This document shows, piece by piece, positions 1 through 12,634 of a stretch of DNA of 64,000 bases (position 1 is the stretch's first letter; each line of letters opens with the position of its first letter). The stretch comes from Squalus acanthias (lineage: Eukaryota): the NCBI GenBank assembly GCA_030390025.1, contig CM059431.1:138386001-138450000 (forward strand), written 5' to 3'. The notes beneath the pieces were generated by a model. That model was given only the letters and a program-made list of their open reading frames with translations, was not told where the DNA came from and searched no databases. A program made the translations under genes and the position numbers.

Positions 1-282
1 AACTCGCTCCTGCACTCAGTATTTGGCCATTTAACTCATTGCTTGTGGGACCTTTTCTTTACAAATTGGCTGCCGCGTTTCAACAGTGAATACACTTAAA
101 AATATTTCATTGTCCTCTAAACACTTTGCGACGCCCAGCAAGGTGCCATTTAACTGCAAGATCTTCTGTCTTTCCCGGTATCAAGATGTTACAGGTTCTT
201 CTTCCACCCATGTTATCCTTCAAGTATTCCTTACAACATTATGTACAAAAATAATCCTGAACATTTTCTTGCCATCTTTTGC

Positions 283-2680
283 TGATGATGGTAGCCTTGA
301 GGAGGAGTTCATAGAGTGTATCCGGGATGATTTCCTAGAACATTATATAATGAAACCAACCAGGGAGCAGGCTATCTTGGATCTGGTACTGTGCAATGAG
401 ACATAATGAATAAATGATCTCATAGTAAAGGATCCTCTCGGAAAGAGTGATCATGGCATGGTTGAATTTCAAAGTCAGTTGGAGGGTGAGAAAGTTGTAT
501 CTCAAACCAGTGTCCTGATCTTAAACAAAGATGGCATGAGGGCAGAACTGGCTAAAGTGGACTGGAAAAATAAGTTAAAGGTAAGACAGTTGAAATGCAG
601 TGGTGGACATTTAAGGAGATATTTCATAACTCTCATCAAAAATATATTCCAGTGAGAAAGAAAGATTTTAAGAGAAGGGAGCACCATTCTTGGCTAACTA
701 AGGAAGTAAAGGGTGGTATCAAATTGAAAACGAAGACATACAATGTTGCCAAGTTTGGTGGGAGGCCAGAGGATTGGGAATTTTTTAAAAACCAGCAAAG
801 GATGACTAATAAATTAACAGAGAGAAGATGAATTATGAGAGTAAACTGGAAAGGAATATTAAAACAGATAGCAAGAGCTTCTACAGGTATATAAAAAGGA
901 AGAGAGCAGCTAAAGTAAACGTTGGTCCCTTAGAGGATGAGACTGGGGAATTAATATAGAGGAACGGGGAAATGGCAGAGACTCTGAACAAATATTTTGT
1001 ATCTGTCTTCATGGTAGAAGACACTAACAACATCCCAATAATGGATAATCAAGGGGCCACAGGGAGGGGGAACTAAAGACAATCACTACCACTAAGGAAA
1101 AAGTAATTGCTGAAATAATGAGACTAAAAGACGACAAGTCCCCTGGACCAGATGGCCTGCATCCCAGGGTCTTAAAATAAGTGGTTGCAGAGATAGTGGT
1201 TGCAATATACCAAAATTCCCTGGTCTCTGGAGAGGGCCCAGCGGATTGGAAAACCGCAAATGTAACACCCCTATTTAAGAAAGGAAGGAGACAGAAAGCA
1301 GGAAACTATAGACCAGTTAGCCTAACATCTGTCGTTGGGAAAACGCTGGAGTCCTTCATTAAGGAAGTAGTAGCAGGGCATTTAGAAAAACATACTGCAG
1401 TCAAGCAGAGTCAGCATGGTTTTAGGAAAGGGAATTCATGTTTAACACATTTGCTGGAGTTCTTGAGGATGTAACGTGCAGGGTGGACAAAGGTGAGCCA
1501 GTGGATGTGGTGCATTTGGATTTCCAGAAGGCATTCGACAAGGTGCCACATAAAAGGTTACTGCATAAGATAAGAGCTCACGGAATTGGGGGTAATATAT
1601 TAGCATGGATAGAGAATTGGCTAACTAAAATAAAGCAGAGAATCGGGATAAATGGTCCATTTTCCGGTTGGCAAACGGTAACTAGTGGGGTGCCACAGGG
1701 ATCGGTGCTGGGGCCCCAACTATTTACAATCTACATTAATGACTAGGATGAAGGGTCCAAGTGTAATGTAGCCAAGTTTGTGTATGATACAAAGATGGGT
1801 GGGAAAGCAAGTTGTGCAGAGGACTCAAATAATCTGCAAAGGGATTATAGATAGGCTAAGTGAGTGGGCAAACATTTGGCAGATGGAGTATAATGTGGGA
1901 AAGTGCGAGGTTATCCACTTTGGCAGGAAAAATAAAAAAGCAAATTATTATTTAAATGGAGAGAGATTGCAAAATGCTACAGTTCAGAGGGACCTGGGGG
2001 TCCTTGTGCATGAAACACAAAGTTAGCATGCAGGTACAGCAATTAATCAAAAAGGCAAATGGAATGTTGGGCTTTATTGCAAGGGGGTTGGAGTTAAAAA
2101 GCAGGGAAGTCCTGCTACAACTGTACAGTGTATTGGTGAGAGCGCACCTTGAGTACTGCGTACAGTTTTGGTCTCCTTATTTAAGGAAGGATATACTTGC
2201 ATTGGAGGCAGTTCAGAGACAATTCACTAGGTTAATTTCAGAGATGAGGGGGTTGACTTATGAAGAAAGGTTGAGCAGGTTGGGCCTATACTCATTGGAA
2301 TTTAGAAGAATGAGAGGTGATCATAATGAAACATGTAAGATACTAAGCGGACTCGACAAGGTAGATGCAGAGAGGATGTTTCCTCTCCTGGGAGTTTCAG
2401 AATAAAGGTCGCCCTTTTAGATCTAAGATGAGGAGGAATTTCTTCTCTCAGAGGGTTGTAAATCTGTGGAATTCTCTGCCCCAGAGAGCCGTGGAGGCTG
2501 GGTCATTAAATACATTTAAGGCGGAGATAGACAGATTTTTGCAAGATAAGGGAGTGAAGGGTTATGGGGAGCGGACTGGGAAGTGACTTTGAGCCCAAGA
2601 TCAGCCATGATCTTATCGAATGGCAGAGCAGGCTCAAGGGCTCAAGTGGCCTATTCCTGCTCCTATTTCTTATGTTTTTA
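283..2680 (+). mobile_element. 5'-truncated CR1-clade (HER1-like) LINE, degenerate ORF2 (endonuclease end + reverse transcriptase) and 3' tail
   Basis: ORF pieces with [74 protein letters not shown]; several stops and frameshifts; tail ctcctatttcttatg. Confidence 0.95.
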
Positions 2681-2699
2681 TACCGACTTGGACATACAT

Positions 2700-2876
2700 C
2701 ACCGTATCTTCATCGTCGCTGTGTCAAAATCCTATAACATCCTAACTAACAGGACAGTGGGAGTACCTTTGCCACATGGACTGCAGCGGTTGAAGAAGAT
2801 GGCGGCCCACCACCACGTTCTCAAGGGGCAACTTGGGATGGACAATAAACTTGGCCTTGCTAGCGATGCCCATGAG
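2700..2876 (+). mobile_element. 3' end fragment of a second LINE family (same family as 59360-61300)
   Basis: ttcatcgtcgctgtgtcaaaa...gactgcagcggttgaagaag...gggatggacaataaa matches the tail at 61130-61300. Confidence 0.6.
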
Positions 2877-3074
2877 ACTGACATTAAAACAGTACAACTC
2901 ATAAATGTACTTTTGAACACATTTCCCGGTTAGTAATGCTAGCGTAATCATACGTGTGATCTTCCTGCAGGTTTTAACAATTTTTCTCGGAATAGTGACA
3001 GGAACTAATCTTCATCTTCGAGAAAAAGGATAATGTTTGAAACCTAGTTTTGAAAAAAAAATTCCTCCAACTAA

Positions 3075-3635
3075 TTATTGGGAAGAATGAAACCAATGTC
3101 TTTGGTCCCCGCCACAAACTCCATTCCCTCGCCACTGACTCCATCCCTCTCCCTGACAACTCTCTGTGGCTGACCTAAACCGTTCGCAACATTGGGTTCG
3201 TATTTGACACTGAGATGAGCTTCTGACTCGCAGACCAACATTGACGCGGTCTGGCAATGCCTCAATTTTAAAATGTTCATCCTCGGGCTCAAATCCCCCA
3301 TGGCCTCGCCCCCTCTCTATCTCTGTAACGTCCTCCAGCACTACAACCCTCCGAGATCTCTGCGCTCCTCCAATTAAGGCCGATTGTTCATCCCCGATTC
3401 TAATTGCTCCACCATTGGTGGCCGTGCTTTCAGCTGTCTGAGCCCTAAGCTGTGGAATTCCCTCCCTGAACCTCTCCACCTCTCACTCTTCTCCTTTCAG
3501 ATGCTCCTAAAAACCTACCTTTCTCAACAAGCGTTTGATCACCTGTCCTAATATCTCCTTCTGTGGCTCGGTGTCACAGTTAGTTTGATAACGCCCCTGG
3601 GAACCACCTTGTGACGTTTCACTACGTTAAATGCA
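3075..3635 (+). mobile_element. L2-clade LINE 3' fragment
   Basis: catggcctcgccccctctctatctctg...gccgtgctttcagctgtctgagccctaagctgtggaattccctccct (LAPxYL / RAFS-x-LWNSLP type L2 tail). Related pieces at about 26225-26780 (-) and 50170-50320 (+). Confidence 0.7.
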
Positions 3636-3649
3636 CTATGTCATTCTAT

Positions 3650-3662
3650 CGCCCTCTGCTGG
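3650..3662 (-). promoter_or_regulatory. CTCF core motif match
   Basis: Reverse complement CCAGCAGAGGGCG fits the CTCF core consensus; motif only, no occupancy evidence. Confidence 0.3.
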
Positions 3663-3949
3663 TGACTCTCTGTATCACTCACTGTACTCAGTCACACCTT
3701 TATCTATATCCCTCTGTTTGGATCTTTCTGTTTCACTCACTGAACTCAGTTATACCTTAATCATAGAATCAGAGAACGGTACAGCACAGAAAGATGCCAT
3801 ACGGCCCATCGTGTCTTTGTCCATTCAGCTGCCCTTTGGCACTGCAAGTTTTTCCACTTTACATATATATCCAATTCCATTTTAAATGTTACTATTGAAT
3901 TTGCTTCCAAACAGTGAAAAGATTCACCTAATAAGCTGGCTCATTAAGC

Positions 3950-4370
3950 GTGTTAGTTGTGCCTCAGTTGGTAGCAATCTTGATTCAGAACCTTGCGTTA
4001 AAGTTCTGCTCCAGAAACTTGAGCACATAATTCTAGGCTGACACTTCAGTGCAGTGCTGAGGGAGCGGCGCACTGTCTTTTGGAGAGAACTTAGAATTAA
4101 TGTGCTAAAGCGAGGCCCCGTCTGCTCTCTCGGGTGGAAGTAAACAATGCCACTATTTCAAAGAAAATTAGGGGAGTTCTCCCCAGTGACCTGGCCAATA
4201 TTTTCCCCCTGACATCCTAAAAACGGATGATCTGGTTATTCATCTCATTGCTGTTTGTTGGACCTTGCTGTGCACAAAGTGACTGTAACGTTTCCTACAT
4301 TGTAGCATTGAACACACTTCAAAAAGTACTTAATTGGCTGTAAATCGCTGAGGTGGTGAAATGCGCTGTA
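3950..4370 (+). mobile_element. tRNA-headed Deu-domain SINE (SacSINE1-like)
   Basis: tRNA-like head (gcctcagttggtagca), then ggctgacacttcagtgcagtgctgagggag and ggaccttgctgtgcacaaa...cttcaaaaagtacttaattggctgtaaa. Partial copies at 1-150, about 11870-12260 and 30520-30720. Confidence 0.7.
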
Positions 4371-5019
4371 TGTAGGAAATATCTCTGTCTGTCTGATTTT
4401 CATTCATTCTTCTTTCTTCTTTCATCAGTGCTGTTGCTGAGTGGGGCGCTCGCTGCTTCCATTGTTGGTGATTTATAAATTAGATTCTGTTGACAGGTTC
4501 CTATGAATTGCTGGAGGGGGATTGGCTCCACTTGACGGGAAGTTCTCAGCCGTGGATTAATTTTTACTGGAGATTGACGCCGAGCCATTGTTAAGGCGCC
4601 TCTCCCCTGCATTGGGTAAGTAGGTTGCCGTGTCCCATTGGGCACCTGTCAGGCAAGATCCGTGTCTGGTTACTTCAGAAGGAAGTGGCCGAGATAAGGC
4701 TGCCAATTATAGGGCATCTGCTGCGAAGGGGAATCCATGGCTAACTTTTAACATCTCATTATTCCACCAATATCACTGAACACTGAGAACTTCTATTGAA
4801 GCCAGAGTTTAGGAAAAAGACCAGGAGTATGTCTCTTTACACAGAGGGGAGATTGACAGCTTGACAATACCTTACCAAAGTCAAACTGGCTAAGAGGTAA
4901 AATATGATTTAACCGCTGCACCTGTGAGGTACAGGTCGAGAGTGAAACTGTACCGTGCGCTGTTCATCCCACACCCTGAGGCTAAGATTATCCTTCGACA
5001 GCAGTGCAAAAAGGGTGGA

Positions 5020-7790
5020 ATCGCATCGGCCGCCCCTACACTCCCCGCCTGATATTCAGTCACATTATCGGCCCCTACATTCCCCGCCTGATGTTTAGTC
5101 CCATTATCGGCCGCCCTACACTCCCTGCCTGATATTCAGTCCCATTATCGGCCGCCCTACACTCACCGCCTGATATTCAGTCCCATTATCGACCCCTACA
5201 CTCCCCGCCTGATATTCAGTCCCATTATCGGCCCCTACACTCCCCGCCTGATATTCGGTCCCATTATCGGCCCCTACACTCCCCGCCTGATATTCAGTCC
5301 CATTATCGGCCCCTACACTCCCCGCCTGATATTCAGTCCCATTATCGGCCCCTACACTCCACGCCTGATATTCAGTCCCATTATCATCCCTACAGTACCC
5401 GCCTGATATTCAGTCACATTATCGGCCCCTACATTCCCCGCCTGATGTTTAGTCCCATTATCGGCCCCTACACTCCACGCCTGATATTTAGTCCCATTAT
5501 CGGCCGCCCTACACTCCCTGCCTGATATTCAGTCCCATTATCGGCCACCCTACACTCACCGCCTGATATTCAGTCCCGTTATCGGTCGCCCTACACTCAC
5601 CGCCTGCTTTTCAGTCCCATTATCGGCCCCTACATTCCCCGCCTGATATTCAGTCCCATTATCGGCCCCTACACTCCCCGCCTGATATTCAGTCCCACTA
5701 TCGGCCCCTACACTCCCCGCCTGATATTCAGTCCCATTATCGGCCGCCCTACACTCACCGCCTGATATTCAGTCCCGTTATCGGTCGCCCTACACTCCCT
5801 GCCTGATATTCAGTCCCATTATCGGCCGCCCTACACTCACCGCCTGATATTCAGTCCCGTTATCGGTCGCCCTACACTCACCGCCTGATATTCAGTCCCA
5901 TTATCGGCCCCTACATTCCCCGCCTGATATTCAGTCCCATTATCGGCCCCTACACTCCCCGCCTGATATTCAGTCCCATTATCGACCCCTACACTCCCCG
6001 CCTGATATTCAGTCCCATTATCGGCCCCTACACTCCCCGCCTGATATTCGGTCCCATTATCGGCCCCTACACTCCCCGCCTGATATTCAGTCCCATTATC
6101 GGCCCCTACACTCCCCGCCTGATATTCAGTCCCATTATCGGCCCCTACACTCCACGCCTGATATTCAGTCCCATTATCATCCCTACAGTACCCGCCTGAT
6201 ATTCAGTCACATTATCGGCCCCTACATTCCCCGCCTGATGTTTAGTCCCATTATCGGCCGCCCTACACTCCCTGCCTGATATTCAGTCCCATTATCGGCC
6301 ACCCTACACTCACCGCCTGATATTCAGTCCCGTTATCGGTCGCCCTACACTCACCGCCTGCTTTTCAGTCCCATTATCGGCCCCTACATTCCCCGCCTGA
6401 TATTCAGTCCCATTATCGGCCCCTACACTCCCCGCCTGATATTTAGTCCCATTATCGGTCGCCCTACACTCCCCGCCTGATATTCAGTCCCACTATCGGC
6501 CCCTACACTCCCCGCCTGATATTCAGTCCCATTATCGGCCCCTACACTCCCCGCCTGATATTCAGTCCCATTATCGGCCCCTACACTCCACGCCTGATAT
6601 TCAGTCCCATTATCATCCCTACAGTACCCGCCTGATATTCAGTCACATTATCGGCCCCTACATTCCCCGCCTGATGTTTAGTCCCATTATCGGCCGCCCT
6701 ACACTCCCTGCCTGATATTCAGTCCCATTATCGGCCACCCTACACTCACCGCCTGATATTCAGTCCCGTTATCGGTCGCCCTACACTCACCGCCTGCTTT
6801 TCAGTCCCATTATCGGCCCCTACATTCCCCGCCTGATATTCAGTCCCATTATCGGCCCCTACACTCCCCGCCTGATATTCAGTCCCACTATCGGCCCCTA
6901 CACTCCCCGCCTGATATTCAGTCCCATTATCGGCCGCCCTACACTCACCGCCTGATATTCAGTCCCGTTATCGGTCGCCCTACACTCACCGCCTGATATT
7001 CAGTCCCATTATCGGCCCCTACATTCCCCGCCTGATATTCAGTCCCATTATCGGCCCCTACACTCCCCGCCTGATATTCAGTCCCATTATCGACCCCTAC
7101 ACTCCCCGCCTGATATTCAGTCCCATTATCGGCCCCTACACTCCCCGCCTGATATTCGGTCCCATTATCGGCCCCTACACTCCCCGCCTGATATTCAGTC
7201 CCATTATCGGCCCCTACACTCCCCGCCTGATATTCAGTCCCATTATCGGCCCCTACACTCCACGCCTGATATTCAGTCCCATTATCATCCCTACAGTACC
7301 CGCCTGATATTCAGTCACATTATCGGCCCCTACATTCCCCGCCTGATGTTTAGTCCCATTATCGGCCGCCCTACACTCCCTGCCTGATATTCAGTCCCAT
7401 TATCGGCCACCCTACACTCACCGCCTGATATTCAGTCCCGTTATCGGTCGCCCTACACTCACCGCCTGCTTTTCAGTCCCATTATCGGCCCCTACATTCC
7501 CCGCCTGATATTCAGTCCCATTATCGGCCCCTACACTCCCCGCCTGATATTCAGTCCCACTATCGGCCCCTACACTCCCCGCCTGATATTCAGTCCCATT
7601 ATCGGCCCCTACACTCCCCGCCTGATATTTAGTCCCATTATCGGTCGCCCTACACTCCCCGCCTGATATACAGTCCCACTATCGGCCCCTACACTCCCCG
7701 CCTGATATTCAGTCCCATTATCGGCCCCTACACTCCACGCCTGATATTCAGTCCCATTATCGGCCGCCCGACGCTCCCCGCCTGATATTG
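5020..7790. repeat. 39/41-bp minisatellite (about 70 units) with higher-order blocks
   Basis: Unit cactccccgcctgatattcagtcccattatcggccccta (39 bp) with a 41-bp variant ...cggccgcccta. Confidence 0.97.
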
Positions 7791-8101
7791 AGCTCCATTA
7801 GCTTCACTAGAATTGAATATGAAGCGGCGGGTACAACAGGCAGCCGATGCGATAGAGCCCCTGTAGAGCTGACCTCCAAGAGGAATTTGTACACATGAAT
7901 TTGAATTTCGGTAGATGTTCTAAACGACCGATGTGGAATTAGCTGCCTGATTTTCCTTAAAATTGAATGGAAAGGGATGGAAAATCGGATGCAGACTTTA
8001 ACAGGCGGCTGTTTCGATTGAGCCTCTGATCCTCTTCCAATATTGCGGTGGGATATTTAGTGTCCACCGGGGAGGGCAGGCGAGGCAACGATTTAACATC
8101 T

Positions 8102-8149
8102 CATCAGACTTTTAATCTGATTGTCAGGGTTCAAGTCCCTGTTCGGGCG
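8102..8149 (+). pseudogene. tRNA-Lys(TTT) 3'-half fragment
   Basis: catcagacttttaatctga-ttgtc-agggttcaagtccctgttcgggcg is the anticodon arm, T arm and 3' acceptor strand of vertebrate tRNA-Lys(UUU); the 5' half is absent. Confidence 0.8.
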
Positions 8150-8299
8150 CTGCTTTTAAATCCAGATTCTCAATCCCCACTTTCTTGCAGCCCCATGAAA
8201 CAGAGCAATTCACCCTGATATTTGCTGCAGTTTTGTTTTAACTCAGAACCACAATGGGTTAAATTCATTGGATAGGCCGCATAAACTAGCCTTGAATTC

Positions 8300-8700
8300 C
8301 CTTGTATTTAGAAGATTGAGGGTGATCTCATCGAGATGTTTGAAATTATAAAATGTTCCGATGGGGCAGATAGGGAGAAACAATTTCTTTGGTGGGGGAA
8401 TCTAGAACAAGGGAAAACAAACTTAAAACTGGAGCCAGGCTGTTGAGGAGTGAAATCAGGAAGTGTTTTTTCACAGACTGGGTAGTGGAAAAATGCAACT
8501 CGCTCCCCCAAAAGGCTGTGGATGCTGGGGGTCAATTGTAGATTTCAGGACTGAGACCAACATGTTTCTCTAGGTCAGGGCACCGCCGGATATGGAGCAA
8601 AGGCGGGTGAATGGAGCTGAGGTGCAGATCAGCCATGATCTGACTGAAGAGCCGATCAGGTTCAAGGAGCTGAATAACCTGCTCCTGTTTTTAATGTTCC
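8300..8700 (+). mobile_element. CR1 LINE 3' fragment
   Basis: tttagaagattgaggggtgatctcatcgag...cagccatgatctgactgaa tail typical of the CR1 copies in this window. Confidence 0.75.
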
Positions 8701-8939
8701 GAAACACATTTCCTACACCGCTGTTCCTGAAAGACTGCGCAAAACAAAGCAAGTTAAACACTCGGTGGCATTGAGTGAGAAACCGTGAGGCTGCCTCAGT
8801 TTACAGGGATTCTTTCTGGTGCCTGGCAGTGAGCGCGGAGTGGGTGTAACCTGCTGTTTAGATGAAATTAATTGAATTACAGTGACGGAGCACTCCCGAT
8901 ATGACCCGATTTCTGGTATCACCACAGCCTGCTTCACTC

Positions 8940-9102
8940 CATCACACTTAAAGCCCGCCTCCGACCGTCGCGTTAAAAGGTGAACCAGCCCACTGACCCA
9001 AACCGTCCAGTTTCCCGGTTACAGTCCGAGTCATGCTGCCCAGTCTACCTCCCTACTGCACTCAGGAGGGTCTAACACAGGGCCCGCGGCTCGCGGTCAA
9101 CA
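8940..9102 (+). promoter_or_regulatory. Putative promoter/5'UTR of the transcobalamin-like gene
   Basis: CpG-containing unique sequence with GC-box-like cccgcctcc and TATA-like ttaaaa (about 8973) upstream of ATG 9103. Confidence 0.35.
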
Positions 9103-9172
9103 ATGCCCCCGGTGATGACCCTCACATTCCTGCTCTTCAGTGCCTCGTACCCGGCAACATCCCAGCAATGCA
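9103..9172 (+). CDS. Exon 1, transcobalamin/intrinsic factor-family gene (signal peptide)
   Basis: acaATG; MPPVMTLTFLLFSASYPATSQQC, a hydrophobic signal-like stretch followed by the family's N-terminal Cys; donor A|gtaagt, phase 1, in frame with exon 2. Confidence 0.8.
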
Positions 9173-9254
9173 GTAAGTGCGATTTGTTGTTTAGTGCCCA
9201 ATGTTTAATCTAAACCTGATCTTTATCGTTTAGCTGAGTTTTTATCGTAATTTA

Positions 9255-9960
9255 GAATCATAGAATTATAGAAACTTAGAATCTTATAGTACAGAAGGAG
9301 CCCATTCGGCCCATCGTACCTCTGCCTGCTCTTTGAAAGTGTAATTAGTCCCAGTCACCCTGCTCTTTCCCCAAAGCCCTGCATTTTTCTCCCCTCAAGA
9401 ACACATCCAAACCCCTTTTGACAGTTACTATAGAAGATGCTTCCAGCACCGTTTCAGGGAGTGCATTCCAGACAGCAACAACATCGCTGCATTCAAAAAA
9501 TCTCCTCATTTACCCTCTGGTTCTTTTGCCAATTACCTTAAATCTGTGTGATCGCCATGCTCCTGCCAGTGGAAGAAGTTTCTCCTTATTTACTCTATCA
9601 AACACCTCCATAATATTGATCACCTCTATTAAATCTCCCTTTAATACTCTCTGCTCTAAGGAGAACAACCCCAGCTTGTCTAGTCTCTCCACATAACTGA
9701 AATCTCTCATCCCTGCCAGCATTCTGGTAAATCTCCTCTGCACCCTCTCCAAGGCCTTGACTAAAGTTTGTTGCCCAGAATTGGACACAATGCACTAACT
9801 GAGGCATGACTAATGATTTATAAATGTTTGCCACAAATTCTTTGCTTTTCTACACTGTGCCTCTATTTGGAAAGCCAAGGATCCCGTCATTTTTTTAAAG
9901 ATTTGTCAATAAGTCCGTCCACCTTCAAAGATTTGTGAACGTGAACCCGAGGTCTCTCTC
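9255..9960 (-). mobile_element. CR1 LINE 3' fragment (intron 1)
   Basis: ORF 9510-9788(-) LERVQRRFTRM...LGLFSLEQRVLKGDLIEV. Confidence 0.85.
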
Positions 9961-10281
9961 TTCCTGCGCCCCGAATACACTTGTACTATTTGCTTTCTAT
10001 TACCTCTCCTCATTCCTCTTTCAAATTGCACCATTTCAGCTTTTTCTGCATTGAATGTCATCTACAATGTGACTGCCCATTGCACCAGTCTGTCTGTGTC
10101 CTCCTGAAGTCTGCTACTATCCTCCTCACTGTTTACTACAATACATGTTCTTACTGTATGTTCATATGTTATGTTCACCGGCCACATGCGCCTTCTGATT
10201 ATCCTCAAGCTCTTTAAGTGTTACTGCTATCTTAATGTTCATTACTCGCGAGTGGATTAATCATTGGGTTGTGGATTCCAG

Positions 10282-10464
10282 CGGCTCCAGATAATCAGCA
10301 GAAATCACTTCTCCGGAGTATAGAGAGGAAACTGAGTGATCTGTCCGTGGAGCCAGACCCCGGGGCTTTCATTGCCCTGCGCCTGGGGAGTGAGCATGAT
10401 CTGCAGAGTGAACAAGACATTCTCCGAAGGCTGAGTGAGGCGGCTGTTAGAAAGGTTGGATCAG
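10282..10464 (+). CDS. Exon 2, transcobalamin-family alpha domain
   Basis: ttccag| acceptor, G|gtaagg donor, 183 nt, phase 1-1; DPGAFIALRLG resembles the NPSIxxxLRL motif. An alternative in-phase acceptor lies 9 nt downstream. Confidence 0.85.
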
Positions 10465-11136
10465 GTAAGGAGTCAACTATTAGGTAATGTGGATGTATCT
10501 GGATTAAATCTTTATTACTGTTGACAGGATGAGTGGCTGGCAAACTATTGTTAATGAAGGAAATTTGAATCTAGGAATGGCCCCATGATAATAGTGACCC
10601 AACTTCTAGCCCGTTCATGTCGTATTGCTATGTTTGACATCAAAACGTAACATTTGAGATAGAGTTTAAGTGTAATTTGAGACTTTACACATGGTCAGTG
10701 TAGCGTGCTTGGGAGGAACAGGTGATTTTGGACCTATGGTTCACAAAGCTCTCCAGCACCGCCTCGTGTCTGTGTCTGTTGTAAACTAATTTATAGGGAC
10801 TGATTACTATGATTATACAACAACCCCATTGTCATGCGACTACAAGGATAGTAGAAGCAGAATTAGATGCACCTTGGTCTTCAGTCTCCCCAGAAATTCC
10901 AATGTTCCGAATAGAGGATTTCGTCCATTTAAAATAAACAGGGTCATTTAAAAATAACAGCGAATATGACTGTCGATGGCGCCTATTTTGTGAGAGCCAA
11001 TGTTGAAAGTTGACACACCTCATGCAATTCTACATCTTTTCCCCAGTGCAGTTCACTTTATTACAGTCTACAATTTCACAACCATTTGAATCAGGATCCC
11101 AGGAATTAACTTGCAGCAATGTGCCATTGAAGTTTC

Positions 11137-11352
11137 TGTATATGTTTGCGTGTGTTTGTGTGTATATGTTTATGTGTGTGTGTGTTTCAATGTTTCTTTG
11201 TGTATATCTTTCTGTGGGTTTCTTTGCGATTGTGTGTGTGTATGTCTATGCGTTTCTGTGTGTCTCTGCTTCTGTATGCATATGTGTTTATGTGTGTGTA
11301 TACGTATCTGTTTGTGTTTATATGTGTATGTGTGTGCATATATATCCGAGTC

Positions 11353-11385
<33 letters not shown>

Positions 11386-11460
11386 TTGAGAAAGAGAAAG
11401 AGTGAGATGGAGAAAGAGGGAAACAGACACATACAGAGGAAGATGAAGAGAGGGAGGGAG
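11137..11460. repeat. Degenerate (TG)n followed by purine-rich (AG)n microsatellite
   Basis: Seen directly; explains the spurious Cys/Val- and His/Thr-rich ORFs here. Confidence 0.95.
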
Positions 11461-12383
11461 GGAGACTTCTCGCTGGAATTCTGCCCTCAGGTGAATGGGC
11501 CGAGCTGACATTTATTGCACCACCTTTGTTCCTGATACTATGATGGGAATTTTAGCAGCTCTAAACATTCCCTTGTTCTTCCACCTGAACCCTATATCCC
11601 CCATCCTGCACGGTGGTTCTGCTTCTTACTCTCTCGTTGTTTTGAAATCAGAAATCATTACACTGTCCCCTGCTCGAAATTGCATTAGCTGCCCTTTTAC
11701 ACCACGCTTCATTTTCCTTTCCAATGGAGGTGAAAATCGGGCGGGATCTTTAATCGGCGGCCTAATCGGAGTCGCCTATTTTACAACATCGTTTAAATCT
11801 AAAATTATCCCCAGAATCTTTTCTTGTGGAATTTGAAGATGACACGGCTTTATTGGAACAAGAAGGGAGAGTGCTGCCAGGGTCTTGGCCAACATTTATT
11901 CCCCAGCTAACACCTAAAGTAGTTTAAAGAGAGAGGAGAGTGAAGGGGAAGAAACTTACATTTCTCTTGTGCAGTTGTTTCACAGCCAATGAAATGCGGC
12001 CACTCTTCTTTCATAGACAACCTCGACAACCAATTGGACACAAGATGCCACAAGTACCAATGAGATACATTACCAGTTAATCCATGTACCGTGTCGCTGG
12101 TTAAGAATTTAGAACTGGTTACCTGGCTATTCACTTCTTTGCTGTTTGTGGGATATTGCTGTCCACAAAATGGCTCCAGAATTGGTCGATATAACAAGGG
12201 TGTCTGCACTTCAAATAATTTATTACACGTGAAGCACTTTGAGTCGTTTTTGAGAGTTAAAATGAGGTGGAATATTAATACAAGTCTTCAGAGTGTAGAG
12301 GAGGGATTTATAATCACAAACCAGTTAGGTATTGATGTACCCAGTCAGAACAAACTGAATCTCGTTTGTTCCTCTGCCGCCAG

Positions 12384-12554
12384 GTGAACACTTCCGCATA
12401 GACCAGTTGGTTTTCTACATCTTAGCCTTCAGATCCTCTTGTCGGAACTCAGCCAAGATATCAGCAGAGAACAAGGAGGTGAATTTGGTGGAGGTGCTAC
12501 GTGAGAGGCTCTACAGTGAACTGCATCAAATACCTAGGATAACAACTTCTAAAG
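12384..12554 (+). CDS. Exon 3, transcobalamin-family alpha domain (absent from ORF track)
   Basis: ttgttcctctgccgccag| acceptor, G|gtaagt donor, 171 nt; GEHFRIDQLVFYILAFRSSCRNS...NLVEVLRERL matches the GQLALYxLALRxxC / LVxxL motifs. Confidence 0.9.
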
Positions 12555-12634
12555 GTAAGTTTCGACTCATGCTTTAGGCATGTTATTTGCACAGAGATTG
12601 AGATGCATCTTTCAGCAAACACAAGCTGAAAACC

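Noticed and set aside
5020..7790. CRISPR-like regular periodicity (also the 26-, 43-, 48- and 61-bp arrays)
   Set aside because: Head-to-tail repeats without unique spacers, no cas genes, vertebrate context.
11010..11511. Cys/Val-rich and His/Thr-rich ORFs
   Set aside because: Translations of a (TG)n microsatellite.
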